48,220 nt of DNA, taken from contig JAFQQU010000010.1 of assembly GCA_017410445.1 (NCBI GenBank), positions 1-48,220 on the forward strand. The letters run 5' to 3'. Below are positions 33,494 to 42,755 of this stretch, one piece after another (the stretch's first letter is position 1; each line of letters begins with the position of its first letter). The notes beneath the pieces are model-generated. The model was given only the letters and a program-made list of their open reading frames with translations, was not told the origin of the DNA and made no database searches. Origin of the DNA: Clostridia bacterium. Lineage in GTDB: Bacteria > Bacillota > Clostridia > Christensenellales > Aristaeellaceae. The position numbers and the translations under genes were made by a program.

Positions 33494-35746
33494 ATGAAAA
33501 GATGGCTGGGAGCGATCCTGACGATCATGCTGTTTGCCGCCGTAATGGGCGGCCTGACGGCATGGGCGGCGCCGGAAAGCGGCGTTCTGATGGTGGACGC
33601 CCCGATGACTCAGGAGGAATTCACCGTGCTGGGCTCGGATATTCCGCGCAGCTCGGTGGTCTCGGTGACCTTTCTGGATGCGCTGACGGACGCGCCGGCG
33701 GATGCGTGGGATGTTTCCGGCGCGAAGGACGGCAGCGTGAAAGCGTGGACGGACCGCGAATCGGGCATGTATAAGCTGTACATTGCCGCAGAGGGCGGCG
33801 TCCGGGCCGGTCAGTATTCGGCGGGCCTCTTTCAGGGCTATACCGCGCTTGAAAGGATCAATTTCAACGGCTGCTTCGATACCGGCGGCGCAATCAGCAT
33901 GGAGGCCATGTTCAAGGAATGCGCCTCGCTGACCGGGCTGGACCTGACCGGCTTTGAAACCGCGCAGGCCGCCTTCATGGACGATATGTTCTATGGCTGC
34001 GCCGCGCTGGAGAGCATTCAGGTCGGCAAGGGCTTCGTCGTTCCCGACGGCACCGACCTGGAGCGCATGTTCCAGGGCTGTCCGGCGCAGCTGGTCCGCA
34101 TGGATGCGGAAGTGAAGAACGGCGACAGCAGAATCCTGCGCAGCGACGCAATGACGAAGGAAGAGCGGGAGAACAAGACCGGACGGGTGCTGGGCAGCGA
34201 CATTCCGCGCAGCCAGATTGCGACGGTCACCTTTGTTGACAGCCTCTCCGGCATGGCGTCCGGCGCATGGGACGTATCGGCGGCGGGCGACGGCTCGGTC
34301 ATGGCATGGGTTAAGCCGAACGGCGGGCTGTATGACCTGTACATCGGCGCGGACGGCACTGTTCTGGCCGGACCGGATACTTGCAGGCAGCTGTTCAAGG
34401 ATTATACCTCTGTCAAGTCTATCCGTTTCGACGGCGCGTTTGATACGAGCGGCGCAGAGAATATGCAGATGATGTTCGCCTATTGCTCCTTGCTGACTGA
34501 GGTGGATCTGTCGGGCCTGAATACCTCCAAGGTCAGGAATATGGAGTCCATGTTCTATGATTGTCAGCAGGTAAAGGAGCTTCATGTGACCGGGTTCGAC
34601 ACCTCGTCGGTCGAAACCATGCGGACTATGTTCTATAACTGCGCTGCGCTGAAGCAGCTGGACGTATCCCGCTTTGAAACAGGCAGGGTCACAGACATGG
34701 CATATATGTTCCGTGGCTGCGCTTTGATGAAGGAACTGGACGTATCCGGGTTTGACACGTCGTCGGCCGAAACCATGCAAGAAATGTTCTATGAATGCAG
34801 CGCGCTGGACGAACTGGATGTGTCCGGGTTTGACACGGGCAAGGTCACGAATATGGCGCATATGTTCTATCGGTGCGGCGAGTTGGATGAGCTGGACGTA
34901 TCGGGCTTTGATACGGCGGACGTCACGACGATGAAAGCCATGTTCTGTGAATGCTCCGATCTGAAGAAGCTGGACGTGTCCGGGTTTAACACGTCGTCGG
35001 CCGAAAACATGAATTCGATGTTCTATAACTGCGGCGCGCTGGATGAACTGGACGTGTCCGGGTTTGACACGGGCAAGGTCACGGATATGTCGTTTCTGTT
35101 CTACGGCTGCACCGAGCTGGATGAGCTGGACGTATCGGGCTTTGATACGGCGGACGTCACGACGATGAAAGCCATGTTCTATGAATGCTCCGATCTGAAG
35201 AAGCTGGACGTATCCCGCTTTGACACGGGCAAGGTCACGGATATGTCGTTTATGTTCTACGGCTGCACCGGGCTGAAGGCGCTTGACGTATCGGAATTTG
35301 ATACGGACGACGTCACGAACATGTATGCGATGTTCTACAAGTGCGAAAAGGTCACGAAGCTGGATGTATCCGGATTTGACACCGACAGGGTGACGAATAT
35401 GGCGTTTATGTTCTGCGGATGCCAGTCTCTTGAGGCGCTGGATCTGTCCGGATTCAATGTCCGGAATGTAACGGACTTTACCTCTGTGCTGGCGGACAAC
35501 AACAAACTTGCGCGCGTTATCATGCCCGACGGCACGGAGATGAGCGGACTGGTTTCTCTGGGAATGAGCGGCGAGGCTGTCCGCAAGGCTCAGCAGAGAC
35601 TGATTGCCAAGGGATTCCTGAACGGCAATGCGGACGGCGTGTTCGGCCAGGGCACTGAAGCGGCGGTCAAGGCGTTCCAGAAATCGATCGGGCTGAAGGA
35701 GTCCGGCGTGGTCGACGGCGGAACGATGGTTGCGCTGTTCAGCTGA
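33494..35746 (+). CDS. Secreted DUF285/BspA-family LRR protein (2 super-modules) with C-terminal PG_binding_1 domain
   Basis: Signal peptide MKRWLGAILTIMLFAAVMGGLTAWA. It shares the cap and 26-aa units of its neighbours. C-terminal GEAVRKAQQRLIAKGFLNGNADGVFGQGTEAAVKAFQKSIGLKESGVVDGGTMVAL. A GGGAGGAG RBS precedes ATG 33494. Confidence 0.85.
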   Translation: MKRWLGAILTIMLFAAVMGGLTAWAAPESGVLMVDAPMTQEEFTVLGSDIPRSSVVSVTFLDALTDAPADAWDVSGAKDGSVKAWTDRESGMYKLYIAAEGGVRAGQYSAGLFQGYTALERINFNGCFDTGGAISMEAMFKECASLTGLDLTGFETAQAAFMDDMFYGCAALESIQVGKGFVVPDGTDLERMFQGCPAQLVRMDAEVKNGDSRILRSDAMTKEERENKTGRVLGSDIPRSQIATVTFVDSLSGMASGAWDVSAAGDGSVMAWVKPNGGLYDLYIGADGTVLAGPDTCRQLFKDYTSVKSIRFDGAFDTSGAENMQMMFAYCSLLTEVDLSGLNTSKVRNMESMFYDCQQVKELHVTGFDTSSVETMRTMFYNCAALKQLDVSRFETGRVTDMAYMFRGCALMKELDVSGFDTSSAETMQEMFYECSALDELDVSGFDTGKVTNMAHMFYRCGELDELDVSGFDTADVTTMKAMFCECSDLKKLDVSGFNTSSAENMNSMFYNCGALDELDVSGFDTGKVTDMSFLFYGCTELDELDVSGFDTADVTTMKAMFYECSDLKKLDVSRFDTGKVTDMSFMFYGCTGLKALDVSEFDTDDVTNMYAMFYKCEKVTKLDVSGFDTDRVTNMAFMFCGCQSLEALDLSGFNVRNVTDFTSVLADNNKLARVIMPDGTEMSGLVSLGMSGEAVRKAQQRLIAKGFLNGNADGVFGQGTEAAVKAFQKSIGLKESGVVDGGTMVALFS
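34801..35268 (+). repeat. Tandem 234-bp duplication (three LRR units per copy)
   Basis: Copies start at 34801 and 35035 (CGCGCTGGA(C/T)GAACTGGA...). The encoded 78-aa blocks ALDELDVSGFDTGKVT.M...DELDVSGFDTADVTTMKAMF.ECSDLKKLDVS.F are nearly identical. Confidence 0.85.
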
Positions 35747-35815
35747 CCGGAAATAATTTCCAACGGGTTTAAACAATGTGATATAATATAGGAACAAAAG
35801 AGAGGAGAGGATATC

Positions 35816-38800
35816 ATGAGGAAATGGCTGGGAATGATGATGGCGGCTCTGCTGCTCGTCGTCACGGTATTCCCCGCGGCCGGCGGCATGACCGCGCTGG
35901 CCGCTACCGGCAGCGGAACTCTGCAGGTAGACGCCCCGATGGTCGCGGCGGACTACACGGTACTTGATTCGGACATTCCGCGCAGCGAGATTGTCTCGGT
36001 CACCTTTGCCGGCACGCTGTCCGGTGCGCCCGCGAATGCGTGGGACGTATCGGAATCGAAGGACGGAAGCGTGCTTGCGTGGACCGTTCCCAACGGAGAC
36101 AAGTATGATCTGTTTATCGCGGCGGAGGGCGCCGTGCGGGCCAGCCAGTATTCGGCCGGTCTGTTTCAGGGCTATACCGCCCTTGAGAAGATCAATTTCA
36201 ACGGCTGCTTCGATACGAGCGGCGTGCGCAGCATGGACAATATGTTCGCGCAGTGCGGCGCTCTGACCGAGCTGGACCTGACCGGATTCGACATCAGCCG
36301 CGTCGACTTCATGGACGATATGTTCTATGAATGCTCCGCGCTCGAGATCATCTGCGTCCGGGAGGACTTCTGCCCGCCGGAAGGCACGAATCTGGACAGA
36401 ATGTTCTACGGCTGCCGCGCCAGCCTGGTTTATGCCGATGAATCCGAGCATAAGGACGGCGCAGGCGAGAACAGAGTCCTGCGCAGCGAAGTTCTGAGCG
36501 ACGAGGAGCGCGGCTACGACCTGACCGACGAGACCCAGTGCGGCAAGGTGCTGGGCAGCAGCTACGACCGCACCAGCGTTACCGAGGTGTATTTCCTGAA
36601 TACGCTCGAGGGCATGCCCGCCGACGCGTGGGACGTTTCCGAAGCGGGCGACGGCTCGGTCATGGCATGGGTTACTCTGGATGACGAGTGGCGCGGCGAC
36701 GCCGAGGAAGGCCTGCTCGCCCTGTACATCGCGGCGGAAGGCGGCGTCATCGCGAACGAGAACTCCGAGGACCTGTTCCGCAATTATGTATTCGTTGAGA
36801 AGATTCACTTCAACGGTGCGTTTGATACCTCCGGGGCAAACGACATGTCCTGCATGTTCTACAACTGCTGCTTCCTGACCGAGGTAGACGTTTCCGGCTT
36901 CAATACGGCCAATGTCTTTGATATGCAGGCCATGTTCGGCAACTGCATTTCTCTGCCTGAGCTGGACGTCACCGGCTTCAATACCCAGTATGTGCTGGAT
37001 ATGAGCTATATGTTCCTCAGGTGCTGCGCTCTGACGGAGCTGGACGTCTCCAGCTTTGATACAAGCCTTGCGCTGGACATGAGATATATGTTCAACGACT
37101 GCGACCTGCTGACCGCTCTGGACCTGACCTCCTTCACCACCGAATTCGTGGTCGATATGAGCAATATGTTCAGCGAGTGCGAAGAGCTGCAGGAAGTTCT
37201 GGTCAGCGAAGCGTTCGTAATTGATGAAGACGACGATACGACCGATATGTTCAAGGACAGCCCGGTTCAGAAGCTGACCTACCATATGGGCGGCTCCGAG
37301 CTCGCGCTGGTCAACGAGAACATCCTGCGCAGCGACATCATGACCAAGGAACAGCGCGCGGACAACACCGGCCTTGTTCTGGGCAGCGATATCCCTCGCG
37401 CGCAGATTGCGACGGTCAGCTTCCTGAGCACTCTGAAGAACATGCCGTCTGACGCATGGGACGTCTCCGAGGCCGGAAACGGCTCGGTCATGGCATGGGT
37501 CACGCCCAACGGCGAGCTGTATGACCTGTACATCGCGGGCAACGGCGGCGTTGCGGCCGGCGCGGATACCTGCTGCGAGCTATTCGGCGGCTATACCTCG
37601 GTAACTTCCATTCGGTTCGACGGCGCGTTTGACACCAGCCGCGCGGAGAACATGCAGCTGATGTTCTACAACTGCGTTCAGCTGACGGAGCTGAACCTCA
37701 GAAGTCTGGATACCGCAAATGTTCAGGACATGTCGTTCATGTTCTATAGCTGCATCGGCCTGACGGAGCTGGATGTGAGCGGCTTCAATACCTCGAATGT
37801 CACGACGATGGAATCCATGTTCGACAAGTGCTCCTCCGTAACGGAGCTGGACGTTACCGGCTTTGATACCTCGAAGGTTGAGGATATGTCGTTCATGTTC
37901 TACGGCTGCTCCCTCCTGACGGAGCTGGACGTTACCGGATTCAATACTTCCGCCGTTCTGGATATGAAGGGCATGTTCTATGAGTGCTCCCTCCTGACGG
38001 AACTGGACGTTGCCGGCTTTGACACCTCGAAGGTCAAGGATATGTCGTTCATGTTCTATGAATGCATCGGCCTGACGGAGCTGGATGTTGCCGGCTTCAA
38101 TACCTCCAGCGTCACGTCGATGGAATCCATGTTCGATAAGTGCTCCTCCGTTAAGGGGATCGACGTTTCGGGCTTTGACACGTCGAACGTAACCGATATG
38201 TCCTACATGTTCTATATGTGCTCGGCTGTGGAGCAGCTGGACGTATCCGGCTTCGACACGGCGGACGTAACCGACATGAAGGCTATGTTCTATCGCTGCA
38301 GCGCGATCGAAGAACTGGACGTATCCGGCTTCAATACGGCCAATGTAACGGACATGAACTCCATGTTCTATGACTGCGCCGCACTGAAGGGTCTGGATCT
38401 GGCAAGCTTCGATACCGGCAAAGTTCTCGATATGAGCTGGATGTTTGCCTCCAGCGAAAGCCTGACCTCTCTGAACCTGATCTCCTTCAATACAGTCAAT
38501 GTCGGCAATATGAGCCGCATGTTCTACTTCTGCGAACAGCTGGCCTCCATTGAAGTGGGCGGCAGCTTCGTCATCGGCGAGGGCGTCAGCACCGAGAAGA
38601 TGTTCGAAGGCTGCGCCGCGCAGGAGCTGACCTATGTCTCCACCGGCAGTAACATCATGCGCGGCGACATGCTTACCGAGCAGGAGCGCGCCGACAATAC
38701 CGGCTTTGTTCTGGGCAGCGATATCCCGCGCGCGCAGATTGCGACGGTCAGCTTTGTCGGCAGTCTGTCCGGCATGAACTCCAGCGCATGGGACGTTTCC

Positions 38801-40774
38801 GAAGAAGGCGACCGCTCGGTCATGGCGTGGGTCACGCCCAACGGCGATATGTACGACCTGTACATCGGCGCAAACGGCGTCATCATCGCCCCCGAGAGCT
38901 GCTGCGAGCTGTTCGCCAACTACACCGGCGTGACCTCCATCCGCTTTGGCGGCGTAGTCGACACCAGCGGCACGAACGACATGCAGATGATGTTCGCCGA
39001 CTGCAACAATCTGAAGGAGCTGGACCTGAGCGGCGTCAATACGCAGAACGTACAGCTGATGTCGTTTATGTTCTACAATTGTTATTTACTGGAAGCGGTG
39101 GATACCTCTTCCTTTGACACGAGCAATGTCGTGAACATGAAGGCGATGTTCCATGGATGCTCCGCGCTGGACGAGCTGGACGTATCCGGCTTCAATACGA
39201 GCAAAGTGCAGAATATGGTTTCCATGTTCTATGAATGCAGCTCTCTGACCGGGCTGGACGTATCCGGCTTTGACACCTCCAATGTCACCGATATGAATTG
39301 GATGTTCGGCAACTGCGTCAATGTGAAGACGCTGGATGTATCCGGCTTCAGCACGTCGAACGTGACCAATATGCACGCCATGTTCGGCGAATGCAGCTCT
39401 CTGACCGGGCTGGACGTATCCGGCTTTGATACCTCCAATGTCACTGACATGAACTGGATGTTCGGCTCCTGCGTCAATGTGAAGACGCTGGATGTATCCG
39501 GCTTCAGAACGTCGAACGTGACCAATATGAACTCCATGTTCTATGACTGCTCCGAGCTGACCGGGCTGGACGTATCCGGCTTTGACACCTCCAATGTCAC
39601 CGATATGGGCTGGATGTTCGGCTCCTGCGAGAAGCTGACCGGGCTGGATCTGACCTCCTTCAGCACGGCCAATGTCACCGAGATGAACTACATGTTCTAC
39701 TACGGCGAAAAGATGGAAAGCATCCTGGTCAGCGACGGCTTCGTCATCGGCGAGAGCACGAACACCGAGAAGATGTTTGAAGGCTGCGCTGCTCAGGAAC
39801 TGACCTACACCGACGGCTCTTCTCAGGGCGGCGCTGAGGTCAACAAGTCCGGCAGCAGGATCCTGCGCGGCGACAACGTAGCCAATGAAGAGATCACCAA
39901 CGGCACCGCGACGGTTCTGGGCAGCGACGTCCTGCGCACCTCGATCGGCCGCATCCTGTTCTTCGATTACATTCCGAACGGGATCTCCGGCGCATGGGAT
40001 GTTTCCGAATCGGGCGACGGCTCCGTCATCGCGTGGATTCAGGGCAACGGACGGCTGAACGACCTGTGCATCGCGGCCGAGGGCGGCGTAATCGCCGGCA
40101 GGGATTGCTCCAGCCTGTTCCGCGGCTATCAGAATCTGACGGGAATCGGCTTCAACAACAGCTTCGATACCTCCGCGACCGAGGTCATGTACTGCATGTT
40201 CGCAGACTGCACGAAGCTGGAGCAGCTGGATCTCTCCTCGATCCGCACGGATTCGGCGGTTGACATGGGCTGGATGTTCTACAACTGCTACAAGCTCGAA
40301 TCGCTCGACCTGAGCGGCTTCGAGACCTCCGGCCTCACGGCGGTCAAGGCGATGTTCTGCAACTGCTACATGCTGAAGGACCTGAACCTCGACGGCTTCG
40401 ACACTTCTTCCGCCACGGATATGACCTACATGTTCTACAACTGCTTCAGCATGGAAGAGCTGGATCTGTCCGGCTTCCGCACCGGCAGCGTGACGGCGTA
40501 TGACTCGATGTTCGACGAATGCACCAACCTGAAGACCATCATCATGCCCGGCGGCGCCGCAATGGCTGCCAAGAGCTATTCCGAGGGCTCTTACGGCAAC
40601 GAAGTCCGCGCGATTCAGCAGAAGCTGGCGGACGGCGGCTATCTGGCCGGCAGTGTAGACGGCTCCTTCGGCAAGATCACGGCCACTGCGGTCAAGTTCT
40701 TCCAGCTGGACGCCGGCCTGCAGGTAAGCGGCGTTGCCGATCTCGCCACGCAGCTGGCGCTGTTCGGCCGATAA
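35816..40774 (+). CDS. Giant secreted DUF285/BspA-family LRR protein (5 super-modules) with C-terminal PG_binding_1 domain
   Basis: Signal peptide MRKWLGMMMAALLLVVTVFPAAGGMTALA. Five cap modules plus many 26-aa units. C-terminal GNEVRAIQQKLADGGYLAGSVDGSFGKITATAVKFFQLDAGLQVSGVADLATQLAL. Confidence 0.85.
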   Translation: MRKWLGMMMAALLLVVTVFPAAGGMTALAATGSGTLQVDAPMVAADYTVLDSDIPRSEIVSVTFAGTLSGAPANAWDVSESKDGSVLAWTVPNGDKYDLFIAAEGAVRASQYSAGLFQGYTALEKINFNGCFDTSGVRSMDNMFAQCGALTELDLTGFDISRVDFMDDMFYECSALEIICVREDFCPPEGTNLDRMFYGCRASLVYADESEHKDGAGENRVLRSEVLSDEERGYDLTDETQCGKVLGSSYDRTSVTEVYFLNTLEGMPADAWDVSEAGDGSVMAWVTLDDEWRGDAEEGLLALYIAAEGGVIANENSEDLFRNYVFVEKIHFNGAFDTSGANDMSCMFYNCCFLTEVDVSGFNTANVFDMQAMFGNCISLPELDVTGFNTQYVLDMSYMFLRCCALTELDVSSFDTSLALDMRYMFNDCDLLTALDLTSFTTEFVVDMSNMFSECEELQEVLVSEAFVIDEDDDTTDMFKDSPVQKLTYHMGGSELALVNENILRSDIMTKEQRADNTGLVLGSDIPRAQIATVSFLSTLKNMPSDAWDVSEAGNGSVMAWVTPNGELYDLYIAGNGGVAAGADTCCELFGGYTSVTSIRFDGAFDTSRAENMQLMFYNCVQLTELNLRSLDTANVQDMSFMFYSCIGLTELDVSGFNTSNVTTMESMFDKCSSVTELDVTGFDTSKVEDMSFMFYGCSLLTELDVTGFNTSAVLDMKGMFYECSLLTELDVAGFDTSKVKDMSFMFYECIGLTELDVAGFNTSSVTSMESMFDKCSSVKGIDVSGFDTSNVTDMSYMFYMCSAVEQLDVSGFDTADVTDMKAMFYRCSAIEELDVSGFNTANVTDMNSMFYDCAALKGLDLASFDTGKVLDMSWMFASSESLTSLNLISFNTVNVGNMSRMFYFCEQLASIEVGGSFVIGEGVSTEKMFEGCAAQELTYVSTGSNIMRGDMLTEQERADNTGFVLGSDIPRAQIATVSFVGSLSGMNSSAWDVSEEGDRSVMAWVTPNGDMYDLYIGANGVIIAPESCCELFANYTGVTSIRFGGVVDTSGTNDMQMMFADCNNLKELDLSGVNTQNVQLMSFMFYNCYLLEAVDTSSFDTSNVVNMKAMFHGCSALDELDVSGFNTSKVQNMVSMFYECSSLTGLDVSGFDTSNVTDMNWMFGNCVNVKTLDVSGFSTSNVTNMHAMFGECSSLTGLDVSGFDTSNVTDMNWMFGSCVNVKTLDVSGFRTSNVTNMNSMFYDCSELTGLDVSGFDTSNVTDMGWMFGSCEKLTGLDLTSFSTANVTEMNYMFYYGEKMESILVSDGFVIGESTNTEKMFEGCAAQELTYTDGSSQGGAEVNKSGSRILRGDNVANEEITNGTATVLGSDVLRTSIGRILFFDYIPNGISGAWDVSESGDGSVIAWIQGNGRLNDLCIAAEGGVIAGRDCSSLFRGYQNLTGIGFNNSFDTSATEVMYCMFADCTKLEQLDLSSIRTDSAVDMGWMFYNCYKLESLDLSGFETSGLTAVKAMFCNCYMLKDLNLDGFDTSSATDMTYMFYNCFSMEELDLSGFRTGSVTAYDSMFDECTNLKTIIMPGGAAMAAKSYSEGSYGNEVRAIQQKLADGGYLAGSVDGSFGKITATAVKFFQLDAGLQVSGVADLATQLALFGR
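39237..39650 (+). repeat. Tandem 156-bp duplication (two LRR units per copy), about 2.6 copies
   Basis: GCAGCTCTCTGACCGGGCTGGACGTATCCGGCTTTGA starts at 39237 and 39393, and a related third copy starts near 39549. The encoded block is SSLTGLDVSGFDTSNVTDMNWMFG.CVNVKTLDVSGF.TSNVTNM..MF. Confidence 0.85.
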
Positions 40775-40858
40775 GACACAACGGGTTTTCTGCGGCTCCC
40801 GTCGGGGTGCGGGGGCCGCATGGCAAACTATAACAACAATGGAGAGGGAGATTTGAGG

Positions 40859-42124
40859 ATGAAAAGACTGATTGCGGTTCTTCTGACGGCGCTCATGCTG
40901 CTGGCAATGGCGGTTCCGGCCTTCGCGGCGAGCTACGAGGACGCGTATTCCTATGTCGTCCGCATCTATACCCAGGAGTATGAGGACATCTATCTGGCCG
41001 GCACTAATGAGTGTATCGATCAGAACGTTTATGGCTATATCGGCACCGGTTTTGCCGTCGGCACGCCCGGTCAGCCCGTTCAGTATTTTGTAACCAACCG
41101 TCACGTTGTTACGCCCGATGATGATTACGTCATTGGCACCATTACCGTTGATGATCAGGAGATTCCTGTAGAGGCTTACTACAGCACCCAGAGCTACATC
41201 ATTTTCAGCAACAGCTCCGAGAAGGTTCCGGTCAATATCTACGCGGTGAGCGACCGCTGCGATCTGGCTGTCATCTCCATGAACGAGGCGACCGACAAGC
41301 GCGAGCCGGCGCTGATCTATCCGCAGGATATCAAGAAGCTGGGCCACAAGACGGTCTACTCCGTCGGCTTCCCCGGCATCTCCGATACCTATAACGACAT
41401 CAACAGCGCCATCAGCACCCTGAACTCCTATGAAAGCGACCTGACCATTACCGACGGCCTGATCTCCGCTGTCAAGGAAGACGCCGTCACCAAGGCAGGC
41501 GAGACCATCCAGCACATGGCCAAGATCAGCGGCGGCAACTCCGGCGGTCCTCTGGTGGACGCCAAGGGCTATGTCATCGGCGTCAACCGTTCGACTTGGA
41601 AAGAAGACGGCGACTATGCTCTGGCCGTATCCGCAAACGAGCTGGTTCGCTTCCTGGATGACGAGCGCGTTCCCTACATGACCGTTCAGGACTGGCAGCG
41701 CCGCAACATCATCATGATCGCCTGCATCGCGGCCTGCGTGATCGTTCTGGCCGTTGTCGCGGTACTGGTTATCAAGAAGCGCGGCGGCGGCAGCAAGCCG
41801 GTTTCCGGCGGCTCCCGCACGCTGGTCTGCACCGAAGGCGCGCTCGCGGGCAAGAGCTTCAAGATCACCCCCGGCGCCAGATTCTCCATCGGCTACGATG
41901 CTTCCCGCAGCCAGATCGTCTTCCCGAACGGCACGCCCGGCATCAGCGGCAAGCACTGCAGCATCAGCTTCGACGGCAAGACCGTTATGGTCACCGATGA
42001 AGGCTCCCGCTACGGCACCTGGATCGATCAGACCCGCCTGACGCCCGGCACTGCGACGGTCATGCACCGCGGCCAGACCCTGTACTTCGGCTCCAAAAAG
42101 CAGGCCATGAAGCTTGACAACTGA
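40859..42124 (+). CDS. Trypsin-fold (S1) serine protease ectodomain - TM - cytoplasmic FHA domain
   Basis: Signal peptide MKRLIAVLLTALMLLAMAVPAFA. Triad contexts FVTNRHVV, CDLAVISM and GGNSGGPLVD. TM helix IIMIACIAACVIVLAVVAVLVI. FHA FSIGYDASRSQIVFPNGTPGISGKHCSISFDGKTVMVTDEGSRYGTWID. A GGAGAGGGAG RBS precedes ATG 40859. Confidence 0.8.
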   Translation: MKRLIAVLLTALMLLAMAVPAFAASYEDAYSYVVRIYTQEYEDIYLAGTNECIDQNVYGYIGTGFAVGTPGQPVQYFVTNRHVVTPDDDYVIGTITVDDQEIPVEAYYSTQSYIIFSNSSEKVPVNIYAVSDRCDLAVISMNEATDKREPALIYPQDIKKLGHKTVYSVGFPGISDTYNDINSAISTLNSYESDLTITDGLISAVKEDAVTKAGETIQHMAKISGGNSGGPLVDAKGYVIGVNRSTWKEDGDYALAVSANELVRFLDDERVPYMTVQDWQRRNIIMIACIAACVIVLAVVAVLVIKKRGGGSKPVSGGSRTLVCTEGALAGKSFKITPGARFSIGYDASRSQIVFPNGTPGISGKHCSISFDGKTVMVTDEGSRYGTWIDQTRLTPGTATVMHRGQTLYFGSKKQAMKLDN

Positions 42125-42172
42125 TCCCCCTGTTTCCAATACGATACGATGAATTGAAAGGAGACTATCACC

Positions 42173-42724
42173 ATGCCGCGCAACAACGAATACAACAATT
42201 TCGGAACCCAGCCCGACACCCCCTTCAACTACACCGTTTCCCCGTCCACCCCGATCAACAGCGTGTCCGATGACGTGACCCCCGGTGTGTACAGACCCAC
42301 TCAGGTGTCCGGTGAGTCCGGATCGAGAGATACCGAGGTTTACGATCAGATCAGTGTTGACGGCGAGCAGATCCGCCCGGTCGTCGGCTGGCTGGTATGC
42401 ATTCAGGGCCCGTGCAGAGGCAAGGACTTCCGCCTGCACACCGAGCGCAACTACATCGGCCGCGATAACGCGAGCGTGGACATTTCCATTCCCGACACTA
42501 AGATCAGCCGCGACAACCCCGCCATCCAGATCGCGTATGATCCGGTCGGCCGCGGCTTCTATGTAGCCGCCTGCACCGGCGCGAAGCAGAACAGCTACTT
42601 CAACGGCCGTCTGCTGATGAGCGAGCGCGAGATGCAGGTCGGCGACATCATCAAGCTGGGCGAGACCGAGCTGATGTTCGTCCCCTTCTGCGGCGAGAAG
42701 TTCGACTGGGGCGAGAACGCTTAA
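42173..42724 (+). CDS. Cytoplasmic FHA-domain protein with Thr/Ser/Pro-rich N-terminal tail
   Basis: The FHA core reads WLVCIQGPCRGKDFRLHTERNYIGRDNASVDISIPDTKISRDNPAIQIAYD...YFNGRLL...IIKLGETELMF. The first ~65 aa are low-complexity with many T/S residues. Confidence 0.75.
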   Translation: MPRNNEYNNFGTQPDTPFNYTVSPSTPINSVSDDVTPGVYRPTQVSGESGSRDTEVYDQISVDGEQIRPVVGWLVCIQGPCRGKDFRLHTERNYIGRDNASVDISIPDTKISRDNPAIQIAYDPVGRGFYVAACTGAKQNSYFNGRLLMSEREMQVGDIIKLGETELMFVPFCGEKFDWGENA

Positions 42725-42755
42725 TCTTTCAGGAATAAAGAAATGAGGGACGACG

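Noticed and set aside
32015-37285. 1756-aa minus-strand ORF (also 30182-31810 and 39086-42439)
   Set aside because: These are antisense to the DUF285-LRR genes. Their periodic IEH..HI.D..RIKAG.VQL.Q pattern is the 78-bp LRR unit in reverse frame. The + strand products have signal peptides, RBSs and PG-binding tails.
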